Shown: positions 53,445 to 62,695, numbered from the stretch's first letter. The stretch is 64,000 nt of DNA from an uncultured Pelagibacteraceae bacterium (GCA_902590915.1 CACIYQ010000005.1:569-64568); one strand, 5' to 3'. A program made the numbers and translations. Notes: generated by a model not told the origin, from the sequence alone.

Positions 53445-53911
53445 CATTAAAAATTAACTCAAAAGCACCAGCTTTTACATCGCCTTCTACATCTAAAAAT
53501 AATTATTCTTTAAAAGACTCTTTTGGAAAATATGTTGTTTTATATTTCTATCCTAAAGACGACACTCCTGGATGCACAATCGAAACAAATGAATTTAACA
53601 AATTACTGCCTAAATTTAAAAAATTAGAATGTGAAGTTTACGGTATTTCGAAAGATGGCTTAAAAAGTCATGATAAATTCAGAAATAAATATAAAATTAA
53701 ATTTGATTTAATAGCTGACGAAGAATTAAAAGTTTTAAAAAAATATAAAGTTTGGCAAAAGAAAAAATTCATGGGTAAGGAATTTATGGGTATTGTTAGA
53801 ACTACATATTTACTTGATAAAAAAGGGCAAATTTTAAAGGTTTGGAACAACGTTAAAGCTAAGGACCATGCTATAGAAGTGTTAGAAACTCTTAAAAGTA
53901 TCGTAAAATAA
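53441..53911 (+). CDS. bcp: Peroxiredoxin Bcp
   Basis: YFYPKDDTPGCTIE. Confidence 0.93.
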   Translation: MTLKINSKAPAFTSPSTSKNNYSLKDSFGKYVVLYFYPKDDTPGCTIETNEFNKLLPKFKKLECEVYGISKDGLKSHDKFRNKYKIKFDLIADEELKVLKKYKVWQKKKFMGKEFMGIVRTTYLLDKKGQILKVWNNVKAKDHAIEVLETLKSIVK

Positions 53912-53932
53912 AAAGGCCCCTTTCGGGGCCTT
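53908..53932 (-). terminator. Intrinsic terminator of the amtB transcript
   Basis: Minus strand AAGGCCCC-GAAA-GGGGCCTT followed by TTTATTTT. Confidence 0.85.
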
Positions 53933-54030
53933 AACTAACTAGCAAGAGAGAGATTGCGCTAATTTTTTTTTAATTAGGAGCTCTTCAATGAGATAACGAC
54001 ATGGAGATCGAAGAGCCCCTATATTGCATG
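53908..54030 (-). ncRNA. Candidate amtB 3'-UTR-derived structured RNA / sRNA
   Basis: Two hairpins with CU-rich loops plus the terminator; G-U pairs form only on the minus strand. Confidence 0.45.
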
Positions 54031-54033
54031 CAA

Positions 54034-55335
54034 TTAGTCTCGTATTGCGTATGCGATTACACCTGTTTCAGTTACGTCAGTACCTTTGGACTCAGCTTCT
54101 TTACTTAATCTTATTCCAAAAGTAGCTTTCATAATTGAAAACACAATGTAAGACACGACAAATACAAAAATGTTAATTGATAGCACACCAATTACTTGTG
54201 CACTAAAAGATGCATCGGTATTTGTTAGTGGAACTGCAAGTGTTCCCCAAATTCCAGCAAACATGTGAGCTGGAATTGCACCTACAACATCGTCAAGTTT
54301 GAAACTGAATAATAGTTTAGTTCCAAATACAACGATTAAACCACCGACAGCTCCAATGAAAATTGCAGCTAATGGGGTTGGTGCTAATGGTTCTGCAGTT
54401 ACTGCAACTAATCCACCGATTGCTCCGTTTAACATTTGTACAACATCTGTTTTACCATATATCAATCTTGTAATTACAGCTGCGGCCATTACACCACCAC
54501 AAGCTGCAAGATTAGTATTGATAAATATTCCTGATACAGCGACTGCATCATCAAATGTTCCAATAGCTAATTGAGATCCACCGTTGAATCCAAACCAACC
54601 TAACCATAGGATAAATACTCCTATTGTTACTAATGGAATTGAAGAAGCAGCAAAAGGTTTAAGCGCTTTAGCTTCACCTTTACTGCCAAATCGTCCTGAA
54701 CGCGCACCTAGCAACATTATCCCAGCCAGTGCAGCTGCACCACCTGTTGAGTGTACTAAAGTTGAACCAGCGAAATCTGAGAAGCCAAGTTCTGCTAACC
54801 AGCCTCCACCCCACTGCCAACCCATTACGATAGGATAAATAATTCCAGCTAAAATTGCTGCGAATAGAAAGAACGGCCAAAGTTTAACTCTTTCAGCCAT
54901 TGCTCCTGAACAAATTGAAACTGTTGTTGCACAGAAAACCATTTGGAAATACCAGTCAGAACCGTCCGCATATCCAGTATCAACTGAACTTGCATCTGAC
55001 CATGGAGTAAATGTTCCAATGTATCCACCCTCTGGAATTCCATATGCTAAGTTATATCCAAACAACCAAAACATAATTCCGGCAATTGAGTAAAGACCGA
55101 TGTTCTTTGCACAAATTACTGAAACACTTTTTGAAGTTACCATACCAGATTCTAGCATCGCAAAGCCTGCTGCCATAAACATGACCATGAAACCACACAT
55201 CAAAAATAGTAGTGAATTGAATATAGCTTGTACTTCAGCAGAAACAGTTGTCTCTGCCATTCCTGCACTACTCATGTTTAATAAAAATATTAAACTTAGA
55301 AGTGGTGCAGATATACTCTTTATTAATTTAGTCAT
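54034..55335 (-). CDS. amtB: Ammonium transporter
   Basis: FQMVFC, DFAGSTLVH, LWLGWFGFNGGS and DDVVGAIPAH motifs; SD GGAGG. Confidence 0.96.
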   Translation of the reverse strand: MTKLIKSISAPLLSLIFLLNMSSAGMAETTVSAEVQAIFNSLLFLMCGFMVMFMAAGFAMLESGMVTSKSVSVICAKNIGLYSIAGIMFWLFGYNLAYGIPEGGYIGTFTPWSDASSVDTGYADGSDWYFQMVFCATTVSICSGAMAERVKLWPFFLFAAILAGIIYPIVMGWQWGGGWLAELGFSDFAGSTLVHSTGGAAALAGIMLLGARSGRFGSKGEAKALKPFAASSIPLVTIGVFILWLGWFGFNGGSQLAIGTFDDAVAVSGIFINTNLAACGGVMAAAVITRLIYGKTDVVQMLNGAIGGLVAVTAEPLAPTPLAAIFIGAVGGLIVVFGTKLLFSFKLDDVVGAIPAHMFAGIWGTLAVPLTNTDASFSAQVIGVLSINIFVFVVSYIVFSIMKATFGIRLSKEAESKGTDVTETGVIAYAIRD

Positions 55336-55427
55336 AAGACCTCCACTGTTAAGTGAAGTGTTATAATTTTAATAAAATTTAATAACTAACGCTGATTGGG
55401 AAAATTGGCTATGCAGTATTTGCATGT

Positions 55428-55468
55428 AGAAACAGCCTTAATGTGAAAAATCCACTTTAAGGCTGTTA
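55428..55468 (-). terminator. Inverted repeat after hup (probable terminator)
   Basis: AACAGCCTTA...TAAGGCTGTT just downstream of the HU stop. Confidence 0.65.
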
Positions 55469-55476
55469 AAAATTTA

Positions 55477-55752
55477 TTACTTATTGAATACTTCTTTCAA
55501 AGCTTTTGCGGGTAAAAATTTTACCTTTTGCGAGGCAGCAATTTGAATTTGCTCACCAGTTCTAGGGTTTCTACCAACTCTAGCTTTTCTTTTTGCTACT
55601 TTATACGTACCAAATCCTGCAATCTTCACTGAATCATCACCTTTTAAAGCATCTAAAATAGTGTTGGTAATCGTATCAAATGTTCGCTCAGCATCTGCTT
55701 TACTCAAATTTAATGAGCCTGAAAGCTTAGCAATTAGTTGTTTTTTGTTCAT
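55477..55752 (-). CDS. hup: DNA-binding protein HU
   Basis: MNKKQLI, GFGTY and GRNPRTG motifs. Confidence 0.96.
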   Translation of the reverse strand: MNKKQLIAKLSGSLNLSKADAERTFDTITNTILDALKGDDSVKIAGFGTYKVAKRKARVGRNPRTGEQIQIAASQKVKFLPAKALKEVFNK

Positions 55753-55838
55753 TTTAGCTCCGGTTTTGTTGGTTAATATTTATACTTGTCATAAACATTG
55801 ATAAATCAAGTTTTTTTTAGTATTAAAAAATAAATATA

Positions 55839-55853
55839 ACACAACATCTTGTG
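55839..55853. promoter_or_regulatory. NrdR-box-like palindrome upstream of hup
   Basis: ACACAACATCTTGTG vs recalled consensus acaCwAtATaTwGtg. Confidence 0.4.
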
Positions 55854-55905
55854 AAAATCTAAATTAGTACTGATTTTACTGTATTTTTAAACTTAGCCAT
55901 TGTTA

Positions 55906-57018
55906 TTAACTAAATAAGCCTAAGTCTTTTAGATCATTAAAAGTAGTAAAAAACATTAACGATAACAGTAAAAACATGCCGATTCGAAAAAAACCTTCTT
56001 GTGTTTTTTGTGACAATGGACGGCCTAAAACACTTTCAAATGCATAGAACATCAAATGACCGCCATCAAGCATTGGTATTGGAAACAAATTAATTAAACC
56101 CAAACTAATAGAAATATATGCCATCATACTTATAAAAGCTAACACACCAAACGTTGCTACTTGACCAGAAATTTTTGCAATTCTGATTGGACCACCAAGC
56201 TGAGAGGTATCAGCTTTTCCTGTGATCATTCCACCAATATATTTTAATGATGCAGCACTAACATAATACACTTCGTGAGCTGAATGATATAACGCCTGAG
56301 CTGGACCTAGTTTAACATGATTTACTTTATTATTATATGCACCTAGTTTTATTCCAACCATTCTCTTATTAATTTTATTACCTAGACTGTCTTCACCTTC
56401 TACAGTATTAGGTTTAATTTTTAGAATAATTTCACCCTCAGTTCGTTTAACCTTAAAATCAATGACCTCTCCTGTGGACAAAGTAATGAATTTAGAGACC
56501 TCCATAATACTTTTAACTTTATTTCCATCTATTTCTAATATTACATCTTGATTTTTAAGGCCTCCAATCATTGCTGGACTATCTTTTTGAACCTCATTAA
56601 TAACTGCTGGAGTAAAATCTTTACCAACAAAAGTATAAATTGAAAAAAATATAACCAAAGCCAATAAGAAATTAGCCAAAGGTCCCCCAAAAACGATTAA
56701 AGCTCTTTGGTACAATGGTTTTAAAGTAAACAATTTTGCTTGTTCTTCTTTACTATATTTTTCTAGTATTTCTTTATGGTCAGCTTGAGAATATACATTT
56801 CTATCCCCAAAAAATTTAACGTAACCCCCTAGAGGTATAGCGCATATTTTCCAACGCGTTCCGTGTTTGTCGTTCCAACCAAATAATTCTTTACCAAATC
56901 CAATTGAAAAATCAGTGACTCCTACTCCATATTTTCTAGCAAAATAATAGTGGCCATATTCGTGAATGAATACCACAACTAAAATTAGAATTAAAAATGG
57001 AACGATGTAACTAAGCAT
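55906..57018 (-). CDS. rseP: RIP metalloprotease RseP (start at ATG 57018)
   Basis: HEYGH, PLGGYV, PDZ domain and NLFPIPMLDGG. Confidence 0.95.
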   Translation of the reverse strand: MLSYIVPFLILILVVVFIHEYGHYYFARKYGVGVTDFSIGFGKELFGWNDKHGTRWKICAIPLGGYVKFFGDRNVYSQADHKEILEKYSKEEQAKLFTLKPLYQRALIVFGGPLANFLLALVIFFSIYTFVGKDFTPAVINEVQKDSPAMIGGLKNQDVILEIDGNKVKSIMEVSKFITLSTGEVIDFKVKRTEGEIILKIKPNTVEGEDSLGNKINKRMVGIKLGAYNNKVNHVKLGPAQALYHSAHEVYYVSAASLKYIGGMITGKADTSQLGGPIRIAKISGQVATFGVLAFISMMAYISISLGLINLFPIPMLDGGHLMFYAFESVLGRPLSQKTQEGFFRIGMFLLLSLMFFTTFNDLKDLGLFS

Positions 57019-57165
57019 AATTATTATATTAAAATAATAATACATTATTCACAACCCTTCATTCAATAGTAATACTGATACTTTTTGTCTTTACTAATTC
57101 AAGCAAATAGACTCATTGTTGGGGATTTGTTAAAATAATTCAATTAATTAAAGAAAGGAAAAACT

Positions 57166-57423
57166 ATGAATTTCGTTGGAACAACAACATATGAAGGAAC
57201 TAAAAAAGATGCAGATGAATTATACAGTATGTTTAAAGATGAAATTGGAAAGTGCACGTCATCATTTGAATGGGCGCACATTCGTGAAGGTAAAATGATT
57301 TTTATTGCAAATGTCACTGATGAAGAAAAATTTTATGCCTTATTTGAAGATCAAAGATCTAAAGACTGGAACGCAAAGTTTAATGCTAAAGATGAAGCTT
57401 GGAAACTTGAGAAAATAATGTGA
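57166..57423 (+). CDS. Hypothetical small soluble protein
   Basis: 85 aa with SD-like AAGGAA. Confidence 0.75.
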   Translation: MNFVGTTTYEGTKKDADELYSMFKDEIGKCTSSFEWAHIREGKMIFIANVTDEEKFYALFEDQRSKDWNAKFNAKDEAWKLEKIM

Positions 57424-57503
57424 CTAGTTCAAAAATAGATTAATCAATAAGTGGGACAAAATTAATAATGAATAATTATCTTTATTAATTATCATTATAT
57501 TTA

Positions 57504-57707
57504 ATGAAAGAATATATTGTTAAATCTCACTTAAAGAAAAAATCACTATCAAAGCTTGCTTTATCAATTAGCTTATTTATTGTACTTTTAACTTCAACTG
57601 GATACGTCCTTAATTCTAAAGGAATTATTTTTCTATTCTATATTTCTTGTTTTATATTTCTTTACAATTTTGTAATCCACTTCATATTAGAAAAGTTTGA
57701 TATTTAA
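57504..57707 (+). CDS. Small two-TM hypothetical protein
   Basis: ORF track; two hydrophobic segments. Confidence 0.55.
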   Translation: MKEYIVKSHLKKKSLSKLALSISLFIVLLTSTGYVLNSKGIIFLFYISCFIFLYNFVIHFILEKFDI

Positions 57708-57709
57708 TC

Positions 57710-57853
57710 ATGATTAAAAAACTCATTAAATTAAAGTTATTAAAGTTTATACTAATTGGTAGTGTATCAGCAGCTTATGCTCTTAAGAGATACTGCGATA
57801 GAAAAAATGAAGTAAAAAGTAAAAAAGATAAAAAACCCTCGCTCACTCGATAA
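57710..57853 (+). CDS. Small basic hypothetical protein (47 aa, not in ORF track)
   Basis: MIKKLIKLKLLKFILIGSVSAAYALKRYCDRKNEVKSKKDKKPSLTR; starts 2 bp after the previous stop. Confidence 0.45.
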   Translation: MIKKLIKLKLLKFILIGSVSAAYALKRYCDRKNEVKSKKDKKPSLTR

Positions 57854-57929
57854 AAATTTTATGTAGTTTGTTATTCACATTTTTTTTTAATGTATATTAA
57901 CTCAATTATAATTATTATATAAATAAATC

Positions 57930-58415
57930 ATGCCGTCTTTTGATGTAATAAGCAAAATTAATTACCAAGAATTTGATAACGCTTTAGCTAATTGTTTAAG
58001 AGAAATTGTTAATCGATATGACTTCAAAGGACTTCACATTGCAATTGAGCGAAAAGACAAAACAATCACAACTACTGCACCTGATGAATTAAAATTAAAA
58101 CAGGTAAATGAATTGCTGCAAACCCATTTAGTTAGAAGAAAAATAGATCCAAGAGTATCAGAAGTTAAAAGTTTTGAGAGAGCTTCAGGAGGATCAATTA
58201 GACAAGTTAGTGAGTTGAAGGAAGGAATTAGTCAGGAGAATGCTAAAAAAGTTATTGCTGATATCAAAAAGCTTAAGCTCAAGATACAAATAAAGATTCA
58301 AGGTGAAGAATTAAGAGTGGATGGTAAAAAGAAAGATGACCTTCAAGAAGCAATGAATGCCATAAAATCCATTGACATAGGTGTTCCAATAGATTTTGTA
58401 AACTTTAGAGATTAA
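57930..58415 (+). CDS. yajQ: YajQ-family nucleotide-binding protein
   Basis: MPSFDVIS, NRYDFKG, GKKKDDLQ and NFRD motifs. Confidence 0.93.
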   Translation: MPSFDVISKINYQEFDNALANCLREIVNRYDFKGLHIAIERKDKTITTTAPDELKLKQVNELLQTHLVRRKIDPRVSEVKSFERASGGSIRQVSELKEGISQENAKKVIADIKKLKLKIQIKIQGEELRVDGKKKDDLQEAMNAIKSIDIGVPIDFVNFRD

Positions 58416-58501
58416 TCCTTGATCAAACTATTGATTGTATTTAGTTTAAAAAGATATAAGCATCCGAAATAAATACTTAATATATACCTTTCCCTATCCT
58501 A

Positions 58502-60019
58502 ATGAATTTCTCAGATCTACAAATTGAAAATAAGCTTAAAAAGTCAATTGAGCTTGCTGATTTTAAAACTCCTACCCCAATTCAAAGTCAATCTATTCCA
58601 ATAAGTCTTGAAGGAAGAGATATTTTAGGAACCGCTCAAACTGGAACTGGTAAAACTTTAGCCTTCACCGTCCCAATGATTAATAAATTAATTAAAGATA
58701 AACAGGCAATGGCTTTAATTGTTTGTCCTACAAGAGAACTTGCAACACAGGTGATGGCAACTGTTTTAAAATTAAATGTAAGAGAGATAGGAATTGGCAA
58801 TGCTCTTTTAATTGGTGGTGAGAGTATGCAAAAGCAACTTAGAAAGTTAGGCAAACGTGCAAGGATAATCGTTGGAACCCCTGGAAGAATTAATGATCAC
58901 TTAAAGAGAAAAAGTTTAGATTTATCTAAAGTTAATTATTTAGTTTTAGATGAGACTGATCGAATGCTTGATATGGGATTTACTCCTCAAATAGAACAGA
59001 TTTTAAATTTTGTCCCAAAAGAACATCAAACATTATTATTTTCAGCAACGCTTCCAAACAATATATTAAAAATATCTCAAAGATATTTAAATAATCCTGA
59101 GAGAATATCTGTTGGATCTTTATCAGCCCCAATTGATAAAATTAAACAAGAAACATATGAAGTTTCACAGGACAAAAAATATCATGAACTAATCAATCAA
59201 CTTGTAGAGAGAAGTGGATCCATTTTAGTATTTGTTAAAACTAAACATGGTGCAGATAAAATAGTTAAAAGATTAAAATATGATGGTCATAAAGCTGATG
59301 CTATTCATGGAAACTTAAGACAAAGTAAACGAGATAGAGTTATCAATGGATTTAGAAATGGACACAGTCGTATCCTAATTGCAACTGATGTTGCAGCACG
59401 GGGATTAGATATCCCAGTGATCAAACATGTTATTAATTACGATCTACCACAAGTTCCAGAGGATTATGTTCATCGAATAGGAAGAACCGGTAGAGCTGGT
59501 AAAGAGGGTTCGGCTTTAACCTTTTTAACTCCAAGTGATCGATCCATGTGGAATTCTATAAGTAAATTAATAGATCCAAATTATAAACCACCCCAAAGAG
59601 ATAGAGGTCAAAAGAAAAGTTTTAGAGGAGGTAAAAAAGGTAAGGCTCCATTTAACAAAAAAAGAAAATTTAATGATAACAAAAAAGGTAGATTCAGGGA
59701 TAAAAAGAAGTTCTTTAAAAGAGATGATGATAAAAAACCTGATTTTAGAGAAAAGAAGAAATTTTTCAAAAAGGAAAATGACGATAAATCTAATTTTAAA
59801 GGCAAAAAGAAATTCTTTAAAAAAGATGAAGATAAAAAATCAAAATTTAAGGACAAGAAAAAATCTTTTGGCTTTACCAATAATCCTAAATATTTTGGTA
59901 AAAAAACAGATGATGTAGTTGAAAAAGACGACAAAAGATCCTCTTTTAAAGGAAGAAAAAAATTCAAAAAAAGACAAAGACCTAAAAAATTTTCATTTAA
60001 AAAACATAAAAAGAAATAA
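58502..60019 (+). CDS. DEAD-box RNA helicase (DETD variant) with basic repeat tail
   Basis: AQTGTGKT, PTRELA, LDETDRMLDMGF, SAT and HRIGRTGR motifs. Confidence 0.95.
   Translation: MNFSDLQIENKLKKSIELADFKTPTPIQSQSIPISLEGRDILGTAQTGTGKTLAFTVPMINKLIKDKQAMALIVCPTRELATQVMATVLKLNVREIGIGNALLIGGESMQKQLRKLGKRARIIVGTPGRINDHLKRKSLDLSKVNYLVLDETDRMLDMGFTPQIEQILNFVPKEHQTLLFSATLPNNILKISQRYLNNPERISVGSLSAPIDKIKQETYEVSQDKKYHELINQLVERSGSILVFVKTKHGADKIVKRLKYDGHKADAIHGNLRQSKRDRVINGFRNGHSRILIATDVAARGLDIPVIKHVINYDLPQVPEDYVHRIGRTGRAGKEGSALTFLTPSDRSMWNSISKLIDPNYKPPQRDRGQKKSFRGGKKGKAPFNKKRKFNDNKKGRFRDKKKFFKRDDDKKPDFREKKKFFKKENDDKSNFKGKKKFFKKDEDKKSKFKDKKKSFGFTNNPKYFGKKTDDVVEKDDKRSSFKGRKKFKKRQRPKKFSFKKHKKK
59690..59869 (+). 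repeat. 51-nt (17-aa) degenerate tandem repeat, about 3.5 copies, in the helicase C-terminus
   Basis: RFRDKKKFFKRDDDKKP / DFREKKKFFKKENDDKS / NFKGKKKFFKKDEDKKS / KFKDKKKSF. Confidence 0.8.
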
Positions 60020-60022
60020 GAT

Positions 60023-60649
60023 TTAATTAGAAATCTTTTGGATCAATGAGGCTGTATTGTTTGTTGGTTTATTCACATCCTTTGAAACCTCATGATAAAC
60101 AAGATCAGGAACTTTACGTTCATTCAAAAAAGTTGAGCCCTGTATCTCTAAATTCAAATAACGATTAACATCTGCTTGATTAAGAATAACTGGTTGTCGG
60201 TGATGAATTTCTTTAATATTTTCTTTTGCCTCTTCTGTAATTAAACAAAATTGATCCTGTTCAAAAATACCAGCAAAATAAATTACATTAGTATCTTTTC
60301 TAACAAAGTAATGAGGAGTTTTTTCATTCTCTTCCCTCTTCCATTCATAAAAACCATCTGCAACAGCAACACATCGATGATTTTTTATCAGTTTTTTAAA
60401 TGAAACCTTTTCATCAATTGTCTCTAATCTTGCATTTATCAAAGCTTTGAATTCTTTATTTTTTGCCCAACTAGGCACTAATCCCCACTTTAAAGATTCT
60501 AAAGTATTTCCGTTTTTATATTTTTTGATAACTGGAAGTTTTTGATAAGGATGAGCATTATAATTTTCTGTATCCTCAACTTGAATAGCAGACTTTACTA
60601 ATGAGGAAGTTTTAGTAACTGGGTTTTTAACAACATATCTTCCACACAT
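60023..60649 (-). CDS. SRAP/YedK (HMCES) abasic-site processing protein
   Basis: N-terminal MCGRY; WGLVPSW, INARLE, GFYEW and HHRQP motifs. Confidence 0.92.
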   Translation of the reverse strand: MCGRYVVKNPVTKTSSLVKSAIQVEDTENYNAHPYQKLPVIKKYKNGNTLESLKWGLVPSWAKNKEFKALINARLETIDEKVSFKKLIKNHRCVAVADGFYEWKREENEKTPHYFVRKDTNVIYFAGIFEQDQFCLITEEAKENIKEIHHRQPVILNQADVNRYLNLEIQGSTFLNERKVPDLVYHEVSKDVNKPTNNTASLIQKISN

Positions 60650-61197
60650 TATATTGATTGCTGTTTAATTAATTCTTCTATTCTTCTTATCATAATTTCT
60701 GGCGATTGCATTGAAGGGTGTATTTCTTTTGCCTGCTGATAACTAAAAATTGCTTTTTCATAATTTTTCAATTGTATATTAACTAATCCCTGTCCCGCTA
60801 AAGCACCAAAATGTCTTGCCTCTATTGCTAACACTTTATCAATATCATCTTGAGATTTTTCAAATTCACCCATCATATAAAAAACTGTAGCTCGTTTATT
60901 CCATGCTTCAGCCCAATTTTGATCAAGATTTATAACTTCTGTAAAAATCTCTATTGCTTTACTTAATTGTTGATTTCTTACAAACTGTGAGCCTTCCTCT
61001 AACCTTGCAGTAAGTTTTGCATCACTTGGATGTGTGCTCCAGATTTTCCAAATTTCTTGTTCAACAATCGATGCTATTTTTGCCTTATTAACCTTTAATT
61101 CATTGAATAACTGATTTAGCCTTACATCTCTTTCATTTGCAAAGGTACTTGTCTGCGAAAATAAATAAAATACCAATATTAAAAAAAGCCTCTTCAT
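60649..61197 (-). CDS. Exported TPR-repeat protein
   Basis: Signal peptide; AEAWNKRAT and HFGALAG TPR helices. Confidence 0.85.
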   Translation of the reverse strand: MKRLFLILVFYLFSQTSTFANERDVRLNQLFNELKVNKAKIASIVEQEIWKIWSTHPSDAKLTARLEEGSQFVRNQQLSKAIEIFTEVINLDQNWAEAWNKRATVFYMMGEFEKSQDDIDKVLAIEARHFGALAGQGLVNIQLKNYEKAIFSYQQAKEIHPSMQSPEIMIRRIEELIKQQSI

Positions 61198-61237
61198 ATT
61201 TTAATATTATCAAAAAAAAGATTTAGAGTCTTTGGTC

Positions 61238-61690
61238 TTAAGTGTCTTGGTTGTTTTTTTTACAACTATAAAATGAAATATCTTTCTCTTTTTCATCAGA
61301 GTTTATTTTTTTGGTGATTTCATGAATAAATTCTCCAGTGCTTCTAGTAAAAACTGCAGACTCAGAATAATTTCGTTCTTGATCAAAAGCCTGTATCAAA
61401 ATTATATCTTTATTAGATATTTTCACTTCCAAATTAATCTTGTTAATAAATTTTGATAAATTTTCAATAATTAAGATATCTGGATTTTTTGCGATTATTT
61501 TTAAACTTTTAAGATTTTCTCTTTTAATTTGATTATTCGTAAAAGAAACAAAGTTATGTTCTGCGTTTTTAATAATAACTTTTTCAAACTTACAATTAAG
61601 ATCTAAATTCGTTTTAACTGAAATATTAATATTTTGTGCATAAACATTGCTAGTTAAAATAAAAGTAATTATCAAAATAAAATATTTCAT
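61238..61690 (-). CDS. Exported hypothetical protein
   Basis: Signal-peptide-like N-terminus; two Cys. Confidence 0.65.
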   Translation of the reverse strand: MKYFILIITFILTSNVYAQNINISVKTNLDLNCKFEKVIIKNAEHNFVSFTNNQIKRENLKSLKIIAKNPDILIIENLSKFINKINLEVKISNKDIILIQAFDQERNYSESAVFTRSTGEFIHEITKKINSDEKEKDISFYSCKKNNQDT

Positions 61691-61696
61691 AAAATA

Positions 61697-62695
61697 TTAT
61701 TTTAAAATTTCATTTAATGGGGTTATTTGACCAATTTTAAAAACAAGTGCATCCTCTTTTTTAAAGCCATATTTTTCTGCATTATCTCTAAATCGGTCTC
61801 TTGGTTCCATAATTGGCTCTAACGATAATACAAAAGTACCCCAATGCATACCAATTACTTTCTTACTTTTTAAATCTCTAGAAATCTGAAGCGCCTCTTC
61901 GGGACTAGTGTGATAAGATGATTTATCTTTATATGGGGTTATTGGATAAAAATTATAAGCTCCAATATTTATAATATTAATATCTATTGGACCATATTTT
62001 TCGCCAATCTCTTTATAAACATTTCCAACTCCAGTATCACAAGCAAATAAAATTTTTTTTCCATCATATTCAATTAAAAAATTTCCCCATAAAGTTTTGT
62101 TGGTATCTGTTAAACTGCGTTTAGACCAATGAACCGCTGGTAAAAATGTTATTTTCATTTTTTCATTAATGATGATTTCTTCATACCAATCCATTTCATT
62201 AACATCGCTGTATCCATTTCTTTTAAAATACTTACCTAGCTTTAAAGGAGCCATTACTTTGGTATTTTTGAAAGGGAATCTTCTGATTGTCATCATATCT
62301 TGGTGATCATAATGATTATGGGTTAGTAAAAAAATATCTACAGGAGGGATTTCTTTTAAATTTAAAGCTGGTTCAGTAAATCTTTTTGGTCCAAATATTA
62401 ACGGACCTGCATTTTTAGAAAAAACAGGGTCGGTTATAATTGTTGTATTCCCTAATTTTATCAAAAAAGTTGCGTGCCCTATCCATCCAATATAATCCCC
62501 ATCTTTATATTTTTTGATATCAGCTAATACTTGTTCCTTATCTACAACATGATCCCTTGGAACAGTCATATTGAGTTTCTTTTTTTCTTTATTAAATACT
62601 TTAAAAGACCATTTAAAATTTCGATCAACTTTAGGGGAACCTAGAGGGTTTCTAAAAGTGCCGTCTGGTAAATGATGATAAGGTACTTTATCCAT
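61697..62695 (-). CDS. MBL-fold metallohydrolase (NAPE-PLD/RomA-like)
   Basis: WIGHA, THNHYDH, HWSKR and HWGTF motifs. Confidence 0.88.
   Translation of the reverse strand: MDKVPYHHLPDGTFRNPLGSPKVDRNFKWSFKVFNKEKKKLNMTVPRDHVVDKEQVLADIKKYKDGDYIGWIGHATFLIKLGNTTIITDPVFSKNAGPLIFGPKRFTEPALNLKEIPPVDIFLLTHNHYDHQDMMTIRRFPFKNTKVMAPLKLGKYFKRNGYSDVNEMDWYEEIIINEKMKITFLPAVHWSKRSLTDTNKTLWGNFLIEYDGKKILFACDTGVGNVYKEIGEKYGPIDINIINIGAYNFYPITPYKDKSSYHTSPEEALQISRDLKSKKVIGMHWGTFVLSLEPIMEPRDRFRDNAEKYGFKKEDALVFKIGQITPLNEILK

Noticed and set aside
53985-54029. 14-codon minus-strand ORF (MQYRGSSISMSLSH) after amtB
   Set aside because: It has no SD, and the sequence is better explained by the RNA hairpin
55411-55425. 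Palindrome upstream of amtB as an NtrC box
   Set aside because: Spacing is TGCA-N5-TGCA, not the TGCAC-N7-GTGCA NtrC consensus; kept only as an unassigned motif
4919-57045. N-terminal extensions given by the ORF track for nuoK, dctM, dctQ, dctP, the M23 peptidase, rhodanese, cysQ and rseP
   Set aside because: The extensions overlap neighbours or a terminator, or precede the family-typical N-terminus; downstream ATGs fit better
59690-59869. Periodic 51-nt repeat considered as a CRISPR array
   Set aside because: The units are degenerate, in frame within a CDS and lack unique spacers; there are no cas genes
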